64,000 nt of DNA from Diadema antillarum. Its lineage: Eukaryota. Both the position numbers and the translations under genes were made by a program. Where the stretch lies: NCBI RefSeq assembly GCF_040938485.1, contig NW_027272018.1:744001-808000 (forward strand). Reading direction: 5' to 3'. The notes beneath the pieces were generated by a model. It did no database searches. It was not told the DNA's origin and worked only from the letters and a program-made list of their open reading frames with translations. Numbering within the stretch: position 1 is the first letter of the stretch; each line of letters starts with the position of its first letter. Below, one piece after another: positions 1 to 15,009 of the stretch.

Positions 1-1852
1 ATAGCAGTTGTCTGCGGTTGCCAGAGACATCTGGTAACCACGAAAAGGCTTACTGCATCCACGCTTTATTAACATTATCGGGTTTTTTTTCTCCTCGTAG
101 GTCGAAGTATGCTTATTTCTGGTCCTCTTTCTGTTATACCGCGTTTTCATTCCCCCCCCCCCAAAAAAAAAATAAACAGCAGCTGTTCAATAAAAAAGGA
201 ATTCGAGTAAAACGATATGACGGAAAGCATATTGTTTGCAAGTTTAATGTAAAACACAAGAATGCCACTTGAGGTTTCTCATTTTCATTTTTCATTTTTC
301 TGGCAATATGAAAGAGCACTTGACTTACCTCTTCCAGAAGGCATAATTATGCCAAATAACAAATCAGGGAAGTGTTAATTTTTCATATAGACATTGGGGT
401 ACATTGTAACTTGTACATCAACCCTTTACCTTCTCATTTGCCTAAGGCCCATTCTCCTCCCACCCCCCCCCCCCCCCCCCCCCCACCGCCCGGATCCTGC
501 TCTAATCTGTTTCCACTGTAAAATATTTCGAAATTTCGAGCAACTAATTCGATCATGATAACAGATGATCTTAGAAGGAATATCTTCCTTGGACTTCAGG
601 TTAAAATCAAATCAATTCTCGTACATCAAGAACTGCAAATGTAAGCATGACAAAATTGTGTTTTGCTTTAAAGTATATCCCGTTTGATTTTGTACCGGTA
701 ATAATTCACTACTATAATCACAGGTGAATACGCTTGTAAAAAGGACGTAAATGTTGATGAGGTTTGATCGTAAAAGATCGCAGTCATCATAACTCATCAG
801 ATGATCGTGTCACTTTATGTTTTCAGATGAAAGTTACAAACAATACGAGAGCAGATAAAAATCATAATTCCATGTATGTCGCGTAGCTCCTGAGCAAGAT
901 TTGCAGAGGAGATTGATACTGGTCTATTAAACTTGACCCTTCCTGTACATAATGAAACAAATGTTGCAAGATGGCATTGATTGTGCCTTCCGAGTGACTC
1001 ATTGAGTGACCATCAGCTGGCACGTACTTATTGTTACATATACTCCGCACACGGTTATAACAAAAAAAGTACCAAGACATAAGCAAAACAATGCGTGCGC
1101 GACGCTGCCTACAACAATACAGTGTCAGTAATAAGTGTCAACTTTTTCCACCTCAGCAACACGCGATCGATTCCATGCAGAGGGATTCCATAGTATATGC
1201 ATAGTTAGATGCCCTGCAGTTCAAATGATGATTTCGACCACAGTTGAATTACGGGTTGACATGCACGTGCATTGCCAAACCCATTCATATCATACCAGTC
1301 CCTCGGTTTACAAACACAGCGAGGCAAGCATGATACTAATAATTGCCAAAATGGTTCAAGGGACCAGTTATAGCATTTGCATCAATACATTGCAGTTATG
1401 TGTGCATGTTGCCGATTAGGGACACTAAGGTATCATTCTGACTGATGTATACTTTATGAACGTACGACTTCATGAACGTAGGTGTATAAGCATATCATGC
1501 ATGTACGAACATTTTATTGTAAGTATCGATGATCATTTTAGTGGGTATGTAAGGATACTTAAGTCTACATGCATAAGCATAATGTATCAACATATCAGTG
1601 TAAATTATATGTCTATGAAGATGTGAGTGTATTCACACAAGTCTAATCGAGTGTACGTTAATTCGACTCCCAAAACTCAAAAAATATCGCTCTTCATACA
1701 TCAAGACGAGGATATGTTTCAAAAGCTTCAGCTTTTAGCTGTTAATGGATCAATTCTCAACACACGGCCATTTTTTTTTTCTCTCGCAGACGTATACTTC
1801 TGAGCTGTGGACATGAGAAGTAAAAAAAAAAAGTCATATATTTGGGACTTAC

Positions 1853-1940
1853 CAGAGCTATGGATGAGAACGATAAGCACCTGTAGCAGGACGGCCGACT
1901 TGAGTATTGTGACCCCCAGCATCTTTCCCTTTCTCCTCAT
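1853..1940 (-). CDS. Candidate first coding exon (signal-peptide-like) of an unidentified gene running off the left edge
   Basis: ATG at 1940 gives MRRKGKMLGVTILKSAVLLQVLIVLIHSS (basic N-region, hydrophobic core), followed by a phase-1 GTAAGT donor at 1852-1847. No downstream exon recognised. Confidence 0.35.
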
Positions 1941-4900
1941 CACCTCACACAACGCCAAATAACTGCTCTCCTGCACCATCAAGATGGGAACGTCCGTATA
2001 ATCCAAAATGTATAGAATCCTTGCGCTACACTCTTATGGAAGAATAGGGGGTGGAAACAGGGAAGTGTGAAAGCGCCAGGGGGAAAAAAAGAAGAAGATG
2101 TTTGAGTAGAATAGACTCAGAGGAGTATCAGAAAATGGCGGGGAAATCGAATTCCAGTATATCCGAGATGGCATGAAAGCTGGTGTGAGACTTCGCCCGG
2201 CGAATGGCGGCTTGCAAACTGGCCCATGCCAGTGAAGTCTGCATTCCTCCTGATGATGTTGATGATGATGATGGTGATGATGATGTCATCAATATCGCAC
2301 TCCAGATACCATCAGGGAGTGCCAGGGATCCATAAATCAGCGTGAATCCTTTCATTCAACGAGTATCATTCACAGAGTTTCATTTAGCTTCTCCGTCACG
2401 TGACATGAGAATCAAAATACAAATACTGTATGAAGTAGTATCAAGAGTAGCAGGAGCAAGAAGTATAGTCCTATGTTGATCTTTGAATGTTACATAATTA
2501 TGCTTTAAGGCAGTCAGCAACACCAGTACAACAGCTACTCTACCTTCCTTGTTTTCAAATTCAGCGCAACTTTACATTGCAATCCATACTCCGACATCTC
2601 TTCTGTAGCTAACCCTCTTTACTCTCGTGTGTTTTTGCGAGGACTCGATCAGCGTTTAGTCCTCTCCAGCGAGGAGTAAGTTGGGTCGCCAATACCACGT
2701 TTAGACTTACGGGCCTCCTGTCCGTTACAGAATCACCGTGACCATTTGGTATGAGAAAGATCAACATGAATGCCGCGCTGCTCCATTGTACAGGTGCTAA
2801 AGTTTTGCCATTGTCTGACAGCCCTTTATCAAAAGATGTCTACTGTTTACCTTTTTGAAATGACGTCACCATATTTTTTTCTACACTGTTCTTTTCAAAA
2901 ATCAGTGGAGCGCGAAAGTCCTATCGTCCAGTACTTTCCACGCTAGGAGAAGGCATTTACTTCCGCAAAAGTTTGACACGTTAATACGTTCATTTCACTC
3001 CTTCTACAAAGGAAGGAGAGGAAATGTTAAAACAGCAACAACAACAATAACGGTAAAATTATAGTGATGTCCACGCATGTAGGCTACTTACTTCGTAGCT
3101 TAACATTCTGCACACATCGCCGCAGATGTGAAAGCGCATGTGTAGACAAGAGCGCGATCCCCTAAACTAGGCGTCCTCGGACATACACTTTTCTCTTCTT
3201 CTCTCTCGCTGTGTATATATTTTCCCCTCTATCTATCTCTCTCTCCCCCTCACTAACGCAGTCCAGGAGCTCTCGTCCATGTGGTGTCGTAACTCCATAT
3301 TTTTCTCCCGGAACACGTTTTCAACAGCAGCATGGCGCGCACACAACCTGCTCTTGCTGTTCATAGCGGGCACATGTCGTCTGCCGAAAAGGCAATTGGC
3401 TGGATGCGTTCGGCATCCCCGTTTATGGCTCCTTACCATTAAAGGGTATCATACTTTGTGCGTCAGAGACGTATTTCCTTACGTGGCAGCAAATGCAACA
3501 TACTCGTATTTCTGTCCAGGGCTGCATTCTTACTAAGTGGAACGTGTATGTATTATATTCTCTGCGAATGTTCCTTCGTATGCCGTGCATTATAAATTGT
3601 CCAATGTATGTGCATATAATATTTTTATTTATCACTTCCCAACTCTCTATTTCTTTGTCGCTTTAATTATAAAGTGATATTGTTTGTGCCTCTGTCCTTA
3701 TTCTTTAACTCTCTGCATGCCATATTAATTACGTGTCCATAGGTTTGTGTGCAAAATTTGTGCACAGTTGACTCATTGGCAGTGAAAGGGTTGAACAATT
3801 TTGGTGTTTATTGAATAACTATCATGAGGTGCCTTTATAGCTCTTACACGAACTCGGTGCCTGGCAACGGTTCTTTTGCTTAAGAATAACAAAATTGAAA
3901 GAAACACATATTTATGACTACGGAGTAATGGGTAATACAAAAGATACAGCATTGCATGGTTGAAAATTTTAGTTCAATCAATTTCATAGAACGTTCTTTT
4001 GACACTTGAGGTTCTAAAAAGATGTACCTTTTGAATCTGGCATTTTTATTTTGAACATAGTAGTAGTTTTCTCAGAATGAAATGAAGAATCGTCCTAAAA
4101 TTAATTAACATGCCTTACATCGTGTTGTAGATAATGATACGTTGTAGTTTTGCCTTCTGCATGCTCCGCTGAAAAATGGACATCAAATTGAATTGAATTT
4201 GAAATTGAAATATCTGTCGAAGTTGTCATCAGTACAAACAAACACACGGCCAAAGAAGAGCGTTACAGAGGCAGAAAGACTTAACGAAAACTGTGCGTAG
4301 GGATAAATTTCGTTTAGTCCGAGTGTATAGTGCATAGAAAAAAAGGAAAATATTGGCGCCGAAATCGTTTGCTGCCTGAAATCTGACCTTTGGCGGCCGG
4401 CATTCTTCTTATAATGCTTGGTAAGATTGCGGGGAGGAGGGGGGGGGGGGGGGGGGAGGAGGGGCGGATGGAGATAGCAGCACATGATGTGACTCAAAGT
4501 ATTTCAATTTATTTTGTCAATGGTCGCTTATTTTTTTTTCTCCTGTGAAAAAGCGAGGAAATTCCAACATGTATCCTTGTGTTTAGAGAAACTAGGTTTG
4601 AAAGAAAGTTAGCTTGTTAATCGTTTGTATTCCAAGAGACCTATGTTATGACGTATGCGACGGGGAACGTTGCATTTCAATGATGAATTATGCTGTGTGA
4701 AATGTTTTAGTACCTGGGCACGTACACCTGCATGCATACACANNNNNNNNNNNNNNNNNNNNNNNNNNNNNNNNNNNNNNNNNNNNNNNNNNNNNNNNNN
4801 NNNNNNNNNNNNNNNNNNNNNNNNNNNNNNNNNNNNNNNNNNNNNNNNNNNNNNNNNNNNNNNNNNNNNNNNNNNNNNNNNNNNNNNNNNNNNNNNNNNN

Positions 4901-6600
4901 NNNNNNNNNNNNNNNNNNNNNNNNNNNNNNNNNNNNNNNNNNNNNNNNNNNGAGGATCCCGGTTGTACCACACCGCAGAAGATTCGCATATTCCTACATT
5001 TCTATTCCTACCATATCTCGCATGCAGCTGTCAAATGGCGTCATAGCAACACGCGTCATAATATTTTACGTGACAATTTGTACCCTTGTGTTAGTTGGCT
5101 CAGTTTAGTCGTTAAAATTCCTAATTTAGGTCTAGAACAACCTTGGATATCTAATCAAGATCTGATCTATAGCCATCTAAACCATCTAAAAAAAGTCAAG
5201 ATCGGTTAGGTTGACCCATTTCACTTATTTTCAGTCCTCATGCAAAATCAGTGTGTGCGACTTTTCGTTCTTTTTGTGATGCACGGTCACATTTTGATCA
5301 TCGTTGCCTATATAATTCCAACTGCTGATTACAAGAGAGAATAATCATGAGTTATATGAATCATAGAACATACGTGGAATTCCATCTAGAGGACAGCAGT
5401 TACAGTACTAGTAGAAAAGTATAATTTGATAATCTGACATAGATTCCACTATGTCAATTAATTCTTTAAAGAGACGATATTAATCTGCTGATCAAAACTG
5501 CGTATTGTTGTATGAATCTGTGATTATAATTGTATGAGGTGGATGACCGATCCATTCTTGAAGATTAGGTAGAAAAGTTACATATAGGAAAGTCACTTCA
5601 TATTTGCGATGTTCATATGTGCATTGTGCTGAACATTGCTTGTGAAGGTGTAAATGTAACCTTGGAGCACTTATTCAGCAAAAGATGCCTTAGCAAACTC
5701 ATAGCAAACTTAGACAAAGTAGAGAGTCACAGCTTTGGAAATGATGGATTACTGATCAAGGTTCGATGTCCCGTACCTTTTAAATTATTGTGTGATAGAA
5801 AATGAAAGAACGTTACTCTGTAAGAAAAAGACTTTGTAAGGTAAGAGTTCATTGAAAGTCATTGTTTAATTTTTTATTGCGTGTAAAATACCAAGGAGAT
5901 TTAACAGACAAGATGGATGGTCACGAGTGCAATGGTGCAAGATTTCGCACGCGGTGAAAGATGACATGCTCTTTTCAATGAGGCGAAGCCTGGTTGAAAA
6001 AGCGCGTCATCTTTCGTGGAACACAAAGTCCTATTCCACAACACGAATAGAGACCATTCATCATTTGTTTTATACAACACCTCAGACGTTAACATCTGTA
6101 AAGGTGCGGTCCAAGCCTAGACAAGAATAACATAACGACAATCATTTCTCCATTCTCAACCGGGCAAAACTGTCCATTTAAAGATTATCATAACCATTTC
6201 ATCATTCCAACTGTAAAGCACAATGAAAGCTGCCACTGTTTTAGAATATCAAATTTAGAAGAAAAAAGAAAAGAATCGGCTGTCCTATTTACTATCATGT
6301 TTGGCTATTGAGCGAAAAACAGCTATCATTATCAAATTTGTACGCAAAAACCGATATGAGAATTGTGATTGATGACATTATCGCTTTCCCTTGTTTAAAT
6401 GTTTGCTTCGTAGGGCAATATCGACTGATCGATATTCGGGAACAACATTTCGAACTTCGAAATTTCATCAGCGTCTGATCTAGGAATGCCCTAGGAATGC
6501 CTTAATATTCTGCTATTCAAATTTTACACACTTTTTTTACTCAATTTAAAGTCAATCAGGACATGGTGTGCAATTGACGTTGAGAGCTTGTGATAGGTTT

Positions 6601-6830
6601 ACAGTTCGTTATTCCGAAGATTCCTTAAAACGTAAATGAAATAAGGTTCGTTACTCCAAAGGTTCGGAATTCTGAAAAATGAAAATAATAAGGTTCGTTA
6701 TTCGCACCTTTTTTTTTTTCATTGTCGGATTAACAAACCTTGACTAGTATTTTTTCGGACTCACAAACTTTGAAAATAACGAACCTTATTTCATTTTTAG
6801 ACTAACGAACCTTCAGAATAACGAACATCA
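6601..6830. mobile_element. Foldback-like non-autonomous DNA element built from GTTCGTTATTCCGAA subrepeats
   Basis: Left half has repeated (G)GTTCGTTA(T/C)TC..AA motifs; right half has their reverse complements (TAACGAACC, CTTCAGAATAACGAAC). Same motif family at 57011-57290 and 60903-61105. Confidence 0.6.
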
Positions 6831-8174
6831 CGTGGCTCCACGACTTGTCGTCTGTCCTGACGCCACACTTTAAATCTTATACCGTTTTAGCTGACGCCAT
6901 CCCAGCAACACGCCCCCAGTACAATAATCAGCTAATGAAATTCAGGGTTGGATACCACTGCCCATGCTGTGAGGAGTCAATCAAGGGACCAAGCCCTCAT
7001 CACTTATAAACACCTGTACGTATATATACGACCTGATGGGTGATGCATCTCGTATGGGGCCATCGAGCGACACAAACCTTTCCATTGATTTGCTGTGAAT
7101 ATATTAATGGCATCTGGCGATCAGCAAAATTCACATACCAATTGAAAAAAAGCAACACAAGTAATTTTCATGTGTCTTATATTCCCACTGAAATGAATTG
7201 ATTGATGACGTTTTGTCAGTTTGCCAAAGTGCATTGAAACTCTAGTTTGTTTTTTCCATGAAAATTTCGTTATTTGAACAGGAGCTGTGAGCAAGTTGCA
7301 AAAGAAGTATAATGCATACCCTGAGAAAGGCACGCGTTAAAGCTGCGCAACGGCAAAGGGAAATCTTATTCATGAAAAGTACTGGGATGGAAATGATGGG
7401 GAAAAGGTCATTACACCAGGGATATCTGATTTAGAGGTCAAGATTAGAACTAGCGTCAACCATGAAACCAGACTATTGTTCGTTTTTGTTAGTTTGTGTT
7501 TGTGAGTAAAACTAATTTATAACAAAACCTATAGTCAGGATGCCTCGATCGTGCATTAGTTTAGTCATTATCTACACTTTATCCAACAATGAAGTCCTTA
7601 AAACTCACCTCGAAACATAATTATTTTGTGCAAAGCCTCAAACTTCCATACTTAGCAGTATAAGAATAACAATTTTAGACATCTATTTCAAGCTCAATTT
7701 TCTAACGATTCCGGGAAAAGCTCTTCTGATACAAATTCAAATTTCAATTCATAATGGATTAGTCTGATTGCAATCATTTATGATACTTATTATTGGAAGA
7801 TTCGGTAGATATATCTTTACTATGTACAGTGGCAACGACTTCCTATATTCAACATCTTGCGCCAATACAATGTAATTTTTCTGAGCCAAGCTCAAAAGCT
7901 CAACGAGTTTGGATGTGTGGTCATTTAGATGCCAGTCACGTCATTTCAGGCAATAAAAATTATCCAAATTGCGTTTCCCCCTCATACATTAATCATCCCT
8001 TTCCCCATTGGCGCCATAAAGTTCGTATTCTTCCTTTGTCCCCCCCCCCCCCCCCCCTGCTCAACATTCAGTTGTGAACGTGCACACACGATATGGTAGC
8101 CTGGGTACCAGTGGCTGAACCTTGTTTCACCATTCACTCACTGCGTTTTTTTTTTTTTTTTTTGGTGGTTTTAA

Positions 8175-8555
8175 AGGGCTCGTATAGTTTTGGGTGAGAC
8201 CTAACTTCAGGTTTCTAACATTTTCTAGTGAGATTGAGAAACTTCTTATGAAATATGAAAGAGCATGTGATTCTAAGAGAAATTCAACGATTATTTTATG
8301 AAAATTGGTTTTGAGATGGCTGAGATATCCAAAACAAGGCGATCCTAATAAAAGGAGTGGACCCACCTTTTATCATGATCGCTTTGTTTTATTTTGTTTT
8401 TGGATGTGTCAGGCATTCCAAATCCGATTTTCATCAAATGAACATAGAATTCCTTCTAGAATGGTATGCTCGGTACAATTTCAATAGTGGTTTCTTGGTA
8501 TCTCGCAAGAAGTTAAAAGCCAAATCCTCATCTCCACCAATACTATACCATCCCT
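8175..8555. mobile_element. Kolobok-like MITE with TTAA target-site duplication
   Basis: TTAA|AGGGCTCGTATAGTTTTGG ... CCAATACTATACCATCCCT|TTAA; TIR 16/19 match; TTAA at 8171-8174 and 8556-8559. Confidence 0.75.
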
Positions 8556-11500
8556 TTAATCTATTTCGGGGGTGCTAAATCTGAATCTGAATCTGAAATC
8601 TAGATGAGACAACTTTTGCATCCTTGACGGTTTTTAGATGTTTAAGATGGCCGCCAAAATTGAAATTCAAATACAAGTATCGTCATGAGATTCAACCAAC
8701 AAAGTGTCAATCGTTGTATAGACATCCTTTCTATGATATTGTATCGCTACAGATTAACAGTCTTACCTGGTATTATTTCATTGCTAGGAAATAAAAAAGT
8801 ACAAAAAAGTAAGATGTATCTATCCCTACTGTCATAGGGAAAATGAGTATTCATGTGTACGCGCATGCTAGTTATCTGATTGTTTAACTGTACACAACAG
8901 ACCAAACAAACCCGACAGATCTTAGACAACAACAACTCTTAGATCCTCCCCAATTGACCTGCGATTCAATATTATCCAAAAGTAAAATTGAGGAAGGGAT
9001 TGAACCTCCAATGAATGACGTAATCTTCCCGTGTCCGTCATAAAACTATAATCCGTTAATTCCTGCAGGACAGCTCTGAAGATACAACTTTCCACCGTGA
9101 ATACTGTATATGATTTGGTTTCTTGTATGACGTCATCTCCAGAAACGCACTGTGTAAATATTAAATTTTAAAACTATTTCATGGTGCTATGGATCATGTA
9201 AGCGTGCTGACTCGTATGTGAATTGGGTACATCGTGTATACATGTATGTGCTATGTTTCCACACGTTCACCTTCAGAGAGGAAGACACAAAGTTTAAACC
9301 TCTTTCGCCCAGTAACACCTATTCCTTGCCATCAGATAGCTCATCCCTCGCAAATTGAGGGCAGATGGGTTTTATTTCCGTTTGTCAACATTGTTTAGCG
9401 AAGACGTTTTCTAGCAGTATAAAGCACATTGTGGTTTTCATACACTTTTTCCTCCTTCACATGAGTCTTACCTCGTTTGGCGGTTTGCTTTACATTACGC
9501 GTATACTGTGTGCTCTTGCTTATTCAATTCCCTCGCATCCGATTGATCTATTTACCCCGCTTGCTTCGGCATCAGATCCATTCTGCCTCTTGAAGATTGT
9601 GAGGGTCTATCCATTTGATTCTTTTACCGTCAGAAAAAGAAGAAATGTATTAGACTGTTTTGAAGAAAAAAAAAGGAAAGGAAGGAAAAGAAACAGTCCT
9701 GCCACCAGGTGTTTATTTGTCCCATGAAGGGCCATCTCATGACCCCCCCCCCCCCCCCATCTCTCTCTCCCTATCCATGTCTCTCCCCCTTCATGTATCT
9801 GTTTATCCATCTCTTCTATTTTTCACCAATCTACATTCTGTCTTCCGTTGGCAGGTATAGGCGCAGGATGTAGAACCAAATAACAATTCGCAAGCAGGTG
9901 AGTCCGACCCAATAATGTCTTGCCCAAGTCGATTAAAGATGTTAATTAGAGTCTTCCCACATGACGGTCAGTAGGTCAAAGCAAGAACCATTATCACGTT
10001 ACCATTATCATGTTAGGATCGTCAACCAAATCCACTACTTATGGGTTTTAAATGCATCAACTTTGCGAGTATAAAATTTCAATATCTAGCAAGCACGAGA
10101 GTGAGACAGCCTTGGCATTGATATACTGTGGAACCTATATGGTAGATCGAAGGTTTTACACGGACTTCCTTCAAATAACGGCGCCTGATAATGTGACCGG
10201 TGTTACGTAACACACGGATTGTTGCTGAAACCCCAATATTGAATTCCCTAACCATCGTTTAATTGAAAACGTCTAAGCAATGTACGATGAAGTCTCCGGT
10301 GTATTTGCGTCGTTTTCATGTCTCTAAATATAGGACTGACTTGTTTGGTGCGATGAAAACGGAAATAGTCCCAACATTTCCATGGGGATGACACGTCATG
10401 CATTGTTTCATAATTTGTTTATCAATGTCGTCTTATTTCTTGATAAGTCCAAAAGGAAATTGCGACGGTTTCTTGCGATGTCACACAAACTCGCAGTGCT
10501 GCGTGACAGTTATTTCAAGTGACAATTTATTTACTTTGTAGGTAGATTGTTCAAATTCACTAATTATTACCAACAATCGACATCATCAAAGTTAATTGTG
10601 TCTCTAGGAAGTCTTCAAACATTCGAGGCCAAGTCATGTGTTCGTCTGTAGAAGTACATACGCGTATGTACAAACTATACGTACATACATATCTTATAAA
10701 CATTTTAAATAGCGTGTTCACTCAAAACGGAAATCCTCTTCCAGATTTGATTTTAAACAGGTGACTCCATATTCTTGTACGAAAACGCTGGCGTTAACGA
10801 TTGTTAAAAATGTTCTTATCCGATGGACCTTTCTACGTTAATTATCTTGTTTTCACATGACTCCATTGTAGGCCTAGTATTCGTAGACGATAACGATATT
10901 AGACATGTTAGATGGGATAGGAAATGTTAATTCACGATTGGTAGAGTTTTGCATGCTTTATGAAATGAGTTTGACAATAGGTTGAATTAATCATGAAAAA
11001 TTGAATTATCTTTATTGTTTTGTTTTGTTGTTGTTGTGGTCGTTTTGGGTTTTTGCTTAGTTTTATTTTGTTTTTGGGGAGGGTCTTCTCGTTGATAAGT
11101 GCATATATCTATAATCCGCTTATTTTTGGCATCCAATGTCTATCCAAGTATCTCAATCATAAAAGTGCATTAAAATATTGAGAAAAGCAAATTCGTAATT
11201 TGTCAATGATAAGTATAAAGGGGGTCATGTATGCGTTCCGAAGCTCCAAATGCAAATGTTTGGTGAGTTTTATAGACCCTACCTTAAACTACTAAAAGAG
11301 ATATATCAATTCTAATGGATAACCACGTGATGATTGTAATCATACAGTACTTTGGTGATAAAAAATTATTCTTTCTTTATTTTTCTGGGGGGTTGAGGGG
11401 AGGGGAAGATGCATGATATTACTTTAAAGACTGTGAATTCAGTGACTACTTGGTTACTTAATAAAGAGGACATTGTGTTTACAATGATAGATGAAGAAAC

Positions 11501-12479
11501 ATGTATCTGAATGCCTTTTTTGTTTTATCTTTTTTATCTTATCAACGGTTTATCCATAAATTTCATTTATCATGTTTTGTAACATCTAATGACATATGTA
11601 TGTACTTATATCTTTTGTTTAAAAAAAATATTTACAAGTTTTGTTGGAGATGGAAAAAATGAATGAGTGAATGTGTCGCGTTTACTCCGTATTGCAAAAT
11701 GCATATAATTGGAAACATTATAGAATAAGGAAAATCGATACATATTTCTGTATCACAGCACACTCCTTCTCGCACGTCCGAACTACTAAAGAAATGAAAA
11801 CATGTTTAACAATCTACATTGAAAAAAAAACAGCACAAAAATAAACACAAGAATAAAACCACATCAATATGCGTAGCGATACTGTCTTGAAGTTCTAACA
11901 TTTTTCTATGACTCATGTGTTTCGCGTGTCTGGTGCCTAATTTTTTCATCGAGAAAAAAATATATATACATAAAAGTATCGTGGTAAATATTACATTGCA
12001 CTGCAAAGAAATTGCGAGTATATCGCATGTGCAGCTGACGGTGAGCTCACACTAATTCATCATGAGGTAATCATTTTTATGTCCATTTGTCCATTACCAC
12101 CATTGCCCCGACAAGATAAATGACCGCGTTATACCCCTCTTATATACTCAGATGCAAATGATGACAGCCCATTATCATTATCGCAGACATCAACTGATGT
12201 GTCTGCACTATTTTCAAGATAGAAAACATCCTAGTTTCACTTGGGTCATGAACGAACCGGTAATTTCCATTTTCAGAGATATAATTTGTCATTGTATTGT
12301 AGCCCATGAACCACTCAATTAGTTATGCCATATTTTGTGTGACAATGGCCTTGCTGATGATGACAAGAATGACCTCCCCTCTTCCCCCCCCCCTCGTCTT
12401 TAACTTCATATTGTCTCCATGTCCAATTAACCCCTTACTACCGGTAGAGTCCTAAAGAAGGGACTCTAACTGCCGGAAC

Positions 12480-12630
12480 CAGTGGCGGATCCAGAGGGGG
12501 GCGCAACCGGCGCACGCCCCCCCTTTTTTTCGTTAAAAACAAAAGAAATAAAAAAAAGAAATGAAACCCGGAAGTGGCACCAGAAATATTAGTCACGCCC
12601 CCCTTTACAGAATTCCTGGATCCGCTCCTG
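12480..12630. mobile_element. CAGTGGCGGATCCAG-family MITE, 5-bp TSD (copy 1)
   Basis: TIRs CAGTGGCGGATCCAG / CTGGATCCGCTCCTG; TSD GGAAC at 12475-12479 and 12631-12635; near-identical internal sequence to 22844-23016 and 26008-26169. Confidence 0.9.
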
Positions 12631-12744
12631 GGAACAGAGTACTTCCCTCTCTAAACAATGCAGTAGACACGACACTCTTTTCCTCCAGAGGCTGATACGG
12701 AGGGAGTTAAACATTCAAGGCGAAAGAATCCCAAAATGTGGATC

Positions 12745-12870
12745 ACGTGAATTCAGAAGTATCAGTAGAACACATCAGTGAAGTTGAAGTGAAGTGAGGA
12801 AAATTGGACAGTCCTAACCCCCACAATGAACCTTGAAAAGCTACGATTTTTTTTACAGTTTCGGAACAGC
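12745..12870 (+). mobile_element. Fragment of the Kolobok-like family seen at 43730
   Basis: AGTAGAACACATCAGTG...GAGGAAAATTGGACA resembles 43781-43820; termini not seen. Confidence 0.45.
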
Positions 12871-13666
12871 TATCGCTATACTACATGGTTATTTTATTCT
12901 TTGGTCCTCTTTTTTTTTCTAATTTCTGTTTGAAAACTTTGAAAAATTGAGTTCTTGAAGATTTGCATTCAACCATCGATTTGGTGTGGCACGCAAGCTG
13001 GTGAATGACAAAGCCAGAGCTCTCGGTGTTTAAGGTGTCACTTTATAGAATGTTCCACTTCTAGATCACAGAGTCTCAGATCCATGGTAAGATCTTCTCT
13101 CGGTGATCAGAGGCAGACCCTTCTAGAAGCTGCGAAGGCGTTATACTACATTCCAGGATCCGATCAACTTGCCGTGATGACCGCAGTCACCAGGGGTGTC
13201 TTCAGGTTGGTCTCGCGCGCTGATCTGTGTAGAGATCAACTCTTGGTGGGTCTTAGTCCCGTGCCATCACGCTTCATGTGCGCGCAATCAAGGCATCGTC
13301 ACTCTTGGATCATTTTCCAAGTCCGTTGCTCTGGAGGTTGCTCGGGACTATGGAGAGGTTTAATGGGATGGAGTCTTTGAGAAGTTGTTTCACGATGACA
13401 AGCGCACAGGTGGTTACTTGGTGCCCGTATAAAACAGACTGTTATCATCATCAGCGTACCTCTTCATACTTTCTTCTGGGAAGACAATGGCAGAGATTGC
13501 TGCACCTCTTGGCACGGGGATCCAATCCCAGAGATGCATGGGGTATAATCTTGGTTAAGCAAGGAGGTACACGTCTCGCCTGCCACCCAGTGGGTTTAAG
13601 GACGTCATCTGTGACGTCATCTCTTGATATGTACTGGTGGGATTGGAACACACGACAAGGGTCCAA

Positions 13667-13812
13667 GGCCCCGTTTCATAAAACTTGATATCAGTGACAA
13701 GTTGTCATAGTTGTTATAAGCTACTGAAATCCTTGCATCTGATTGGCTAGGAGCAAATTTGTGACAGAAATGTGGCAGTTGTCATTGATAACAAGTTTTA
13801 TGAAACGGGACC
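13667..13812. mobile_element. PIF/Harbinger-like MITE (copy 1)
   Basis: 32-bp TIR GGCCCCGTTTCATAAAACTTGATATCAGTGAC with 3 mismatches; flanks CAA/CAG; internal AAGCTACTGAAATCCTTGC.TCTGATTGGCT shared with 56563-56697. Confidence 0.8.
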
Positions 13813-15009
13813 CAGGTCTCGCAGCCCTGGACAGTGTGTGCATTATCAGAGTCGGTCACAGCAGGTAGCATGAATTATTTTGATTCCTTCACGGCATCCT
13901 ATATCGGGTAAAGTTACATAACTTTTGGCATGTTATTGAGTTGCTCTCTTTTTGCCCTTGATGTAGGTTTTTATACNNNNNNNNNNNNNNNNNNNNNNNN
14001 NNNNNNNNNNNNNNNNNNNNNNNNNNNNNNNNNNNNNNNNNNNNNNNNNNNNNNNNNNNNNNNNNNNNNNNNNNNNNNNNNNNNNNNNNNNNNNNNNNNN
14101 NNNNNNNNNNNNNNNNNCAAATAAATTCCTCATAAATATGAATGAATGCACTATTATGATTTTAAAAGAGATACAGTATGCATCAAAACACAGAAATCTG
14201 GTTTCTGGGATTCAATCTGTTAGAGATGGAGAGACGTCATCACTTCTAGTTTATAGTGAGCAAACTCTCCCCCAGCTCTCATTCATATAATACTCCTACT
14301 GTGTAGCATCATTCGCTTCATAATAAATTTAGGTTAAAATATTTGACGAATGAATTATTGGATTGCTGGTTTGATTCCTTCCGCGTCCCACTTGCCATAG
14401 CGGAAATGCTTGCTGCATTCCATTCGCATCTCCCCACAAAATTGATCTGCACGTGTGTCAGTCTGCCGACGAAAGCGGAACCAAAGAAAGGGAGAGCAGC
14501 GAATCTCAACCGGAATTTATGCCATGTGATTTAGGCTGTCATCACACAGCGTGAAAATATTATCTTGGGTGTATTTGTCATTCTAATAGCAAGACTGAGC
14601 AAAAGTGTGTGCATTATGTGGATATTGTCAGCTCATCTGATTATTGAATAAATTCATTTGATAACTTGTTCTTCATGTGCTTTTCCCTTTGGTATCTTTT
14701 ATGTCAGATTTCCTTAACGTCAATGATTGACATCTCTGAGATTGTGCAATTCTGAGAGTTTCTGATACAAAACTGTCTAATATATAATCTAATATATTAT
14801 AATGTAATACATACAAATGATAATCGATGTTTCAATAAAAAAAAACAACTGAACAATAAATTTTTTATTCTGTAAAACACGACCGAATCGCCAATGGGTT
14901 CACTGCACATGTGCAGCGCCAATAACATAGCAGACGAAAACAAGTGAGGTGAGAGCTGCGGTATGCACGCGCAGCGTCCGAAATAACTTGGGAAGTAGGA
15001 CCATCTGCA

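Noticed and set aside
2815-2840. Minus-strand TTGATAAAG matching the variant hammerhead core
   Set aside because: No stem II or GAAA follows.
13084-13660. GC-richer stretch with minus-strand VPRGAAISAIVF...RYADDDNSLFY resembling a decayed RT
   Set aside because: Motif spacing is too short, all frames have stops and no other RT motif was found; needs a profile search before calling.
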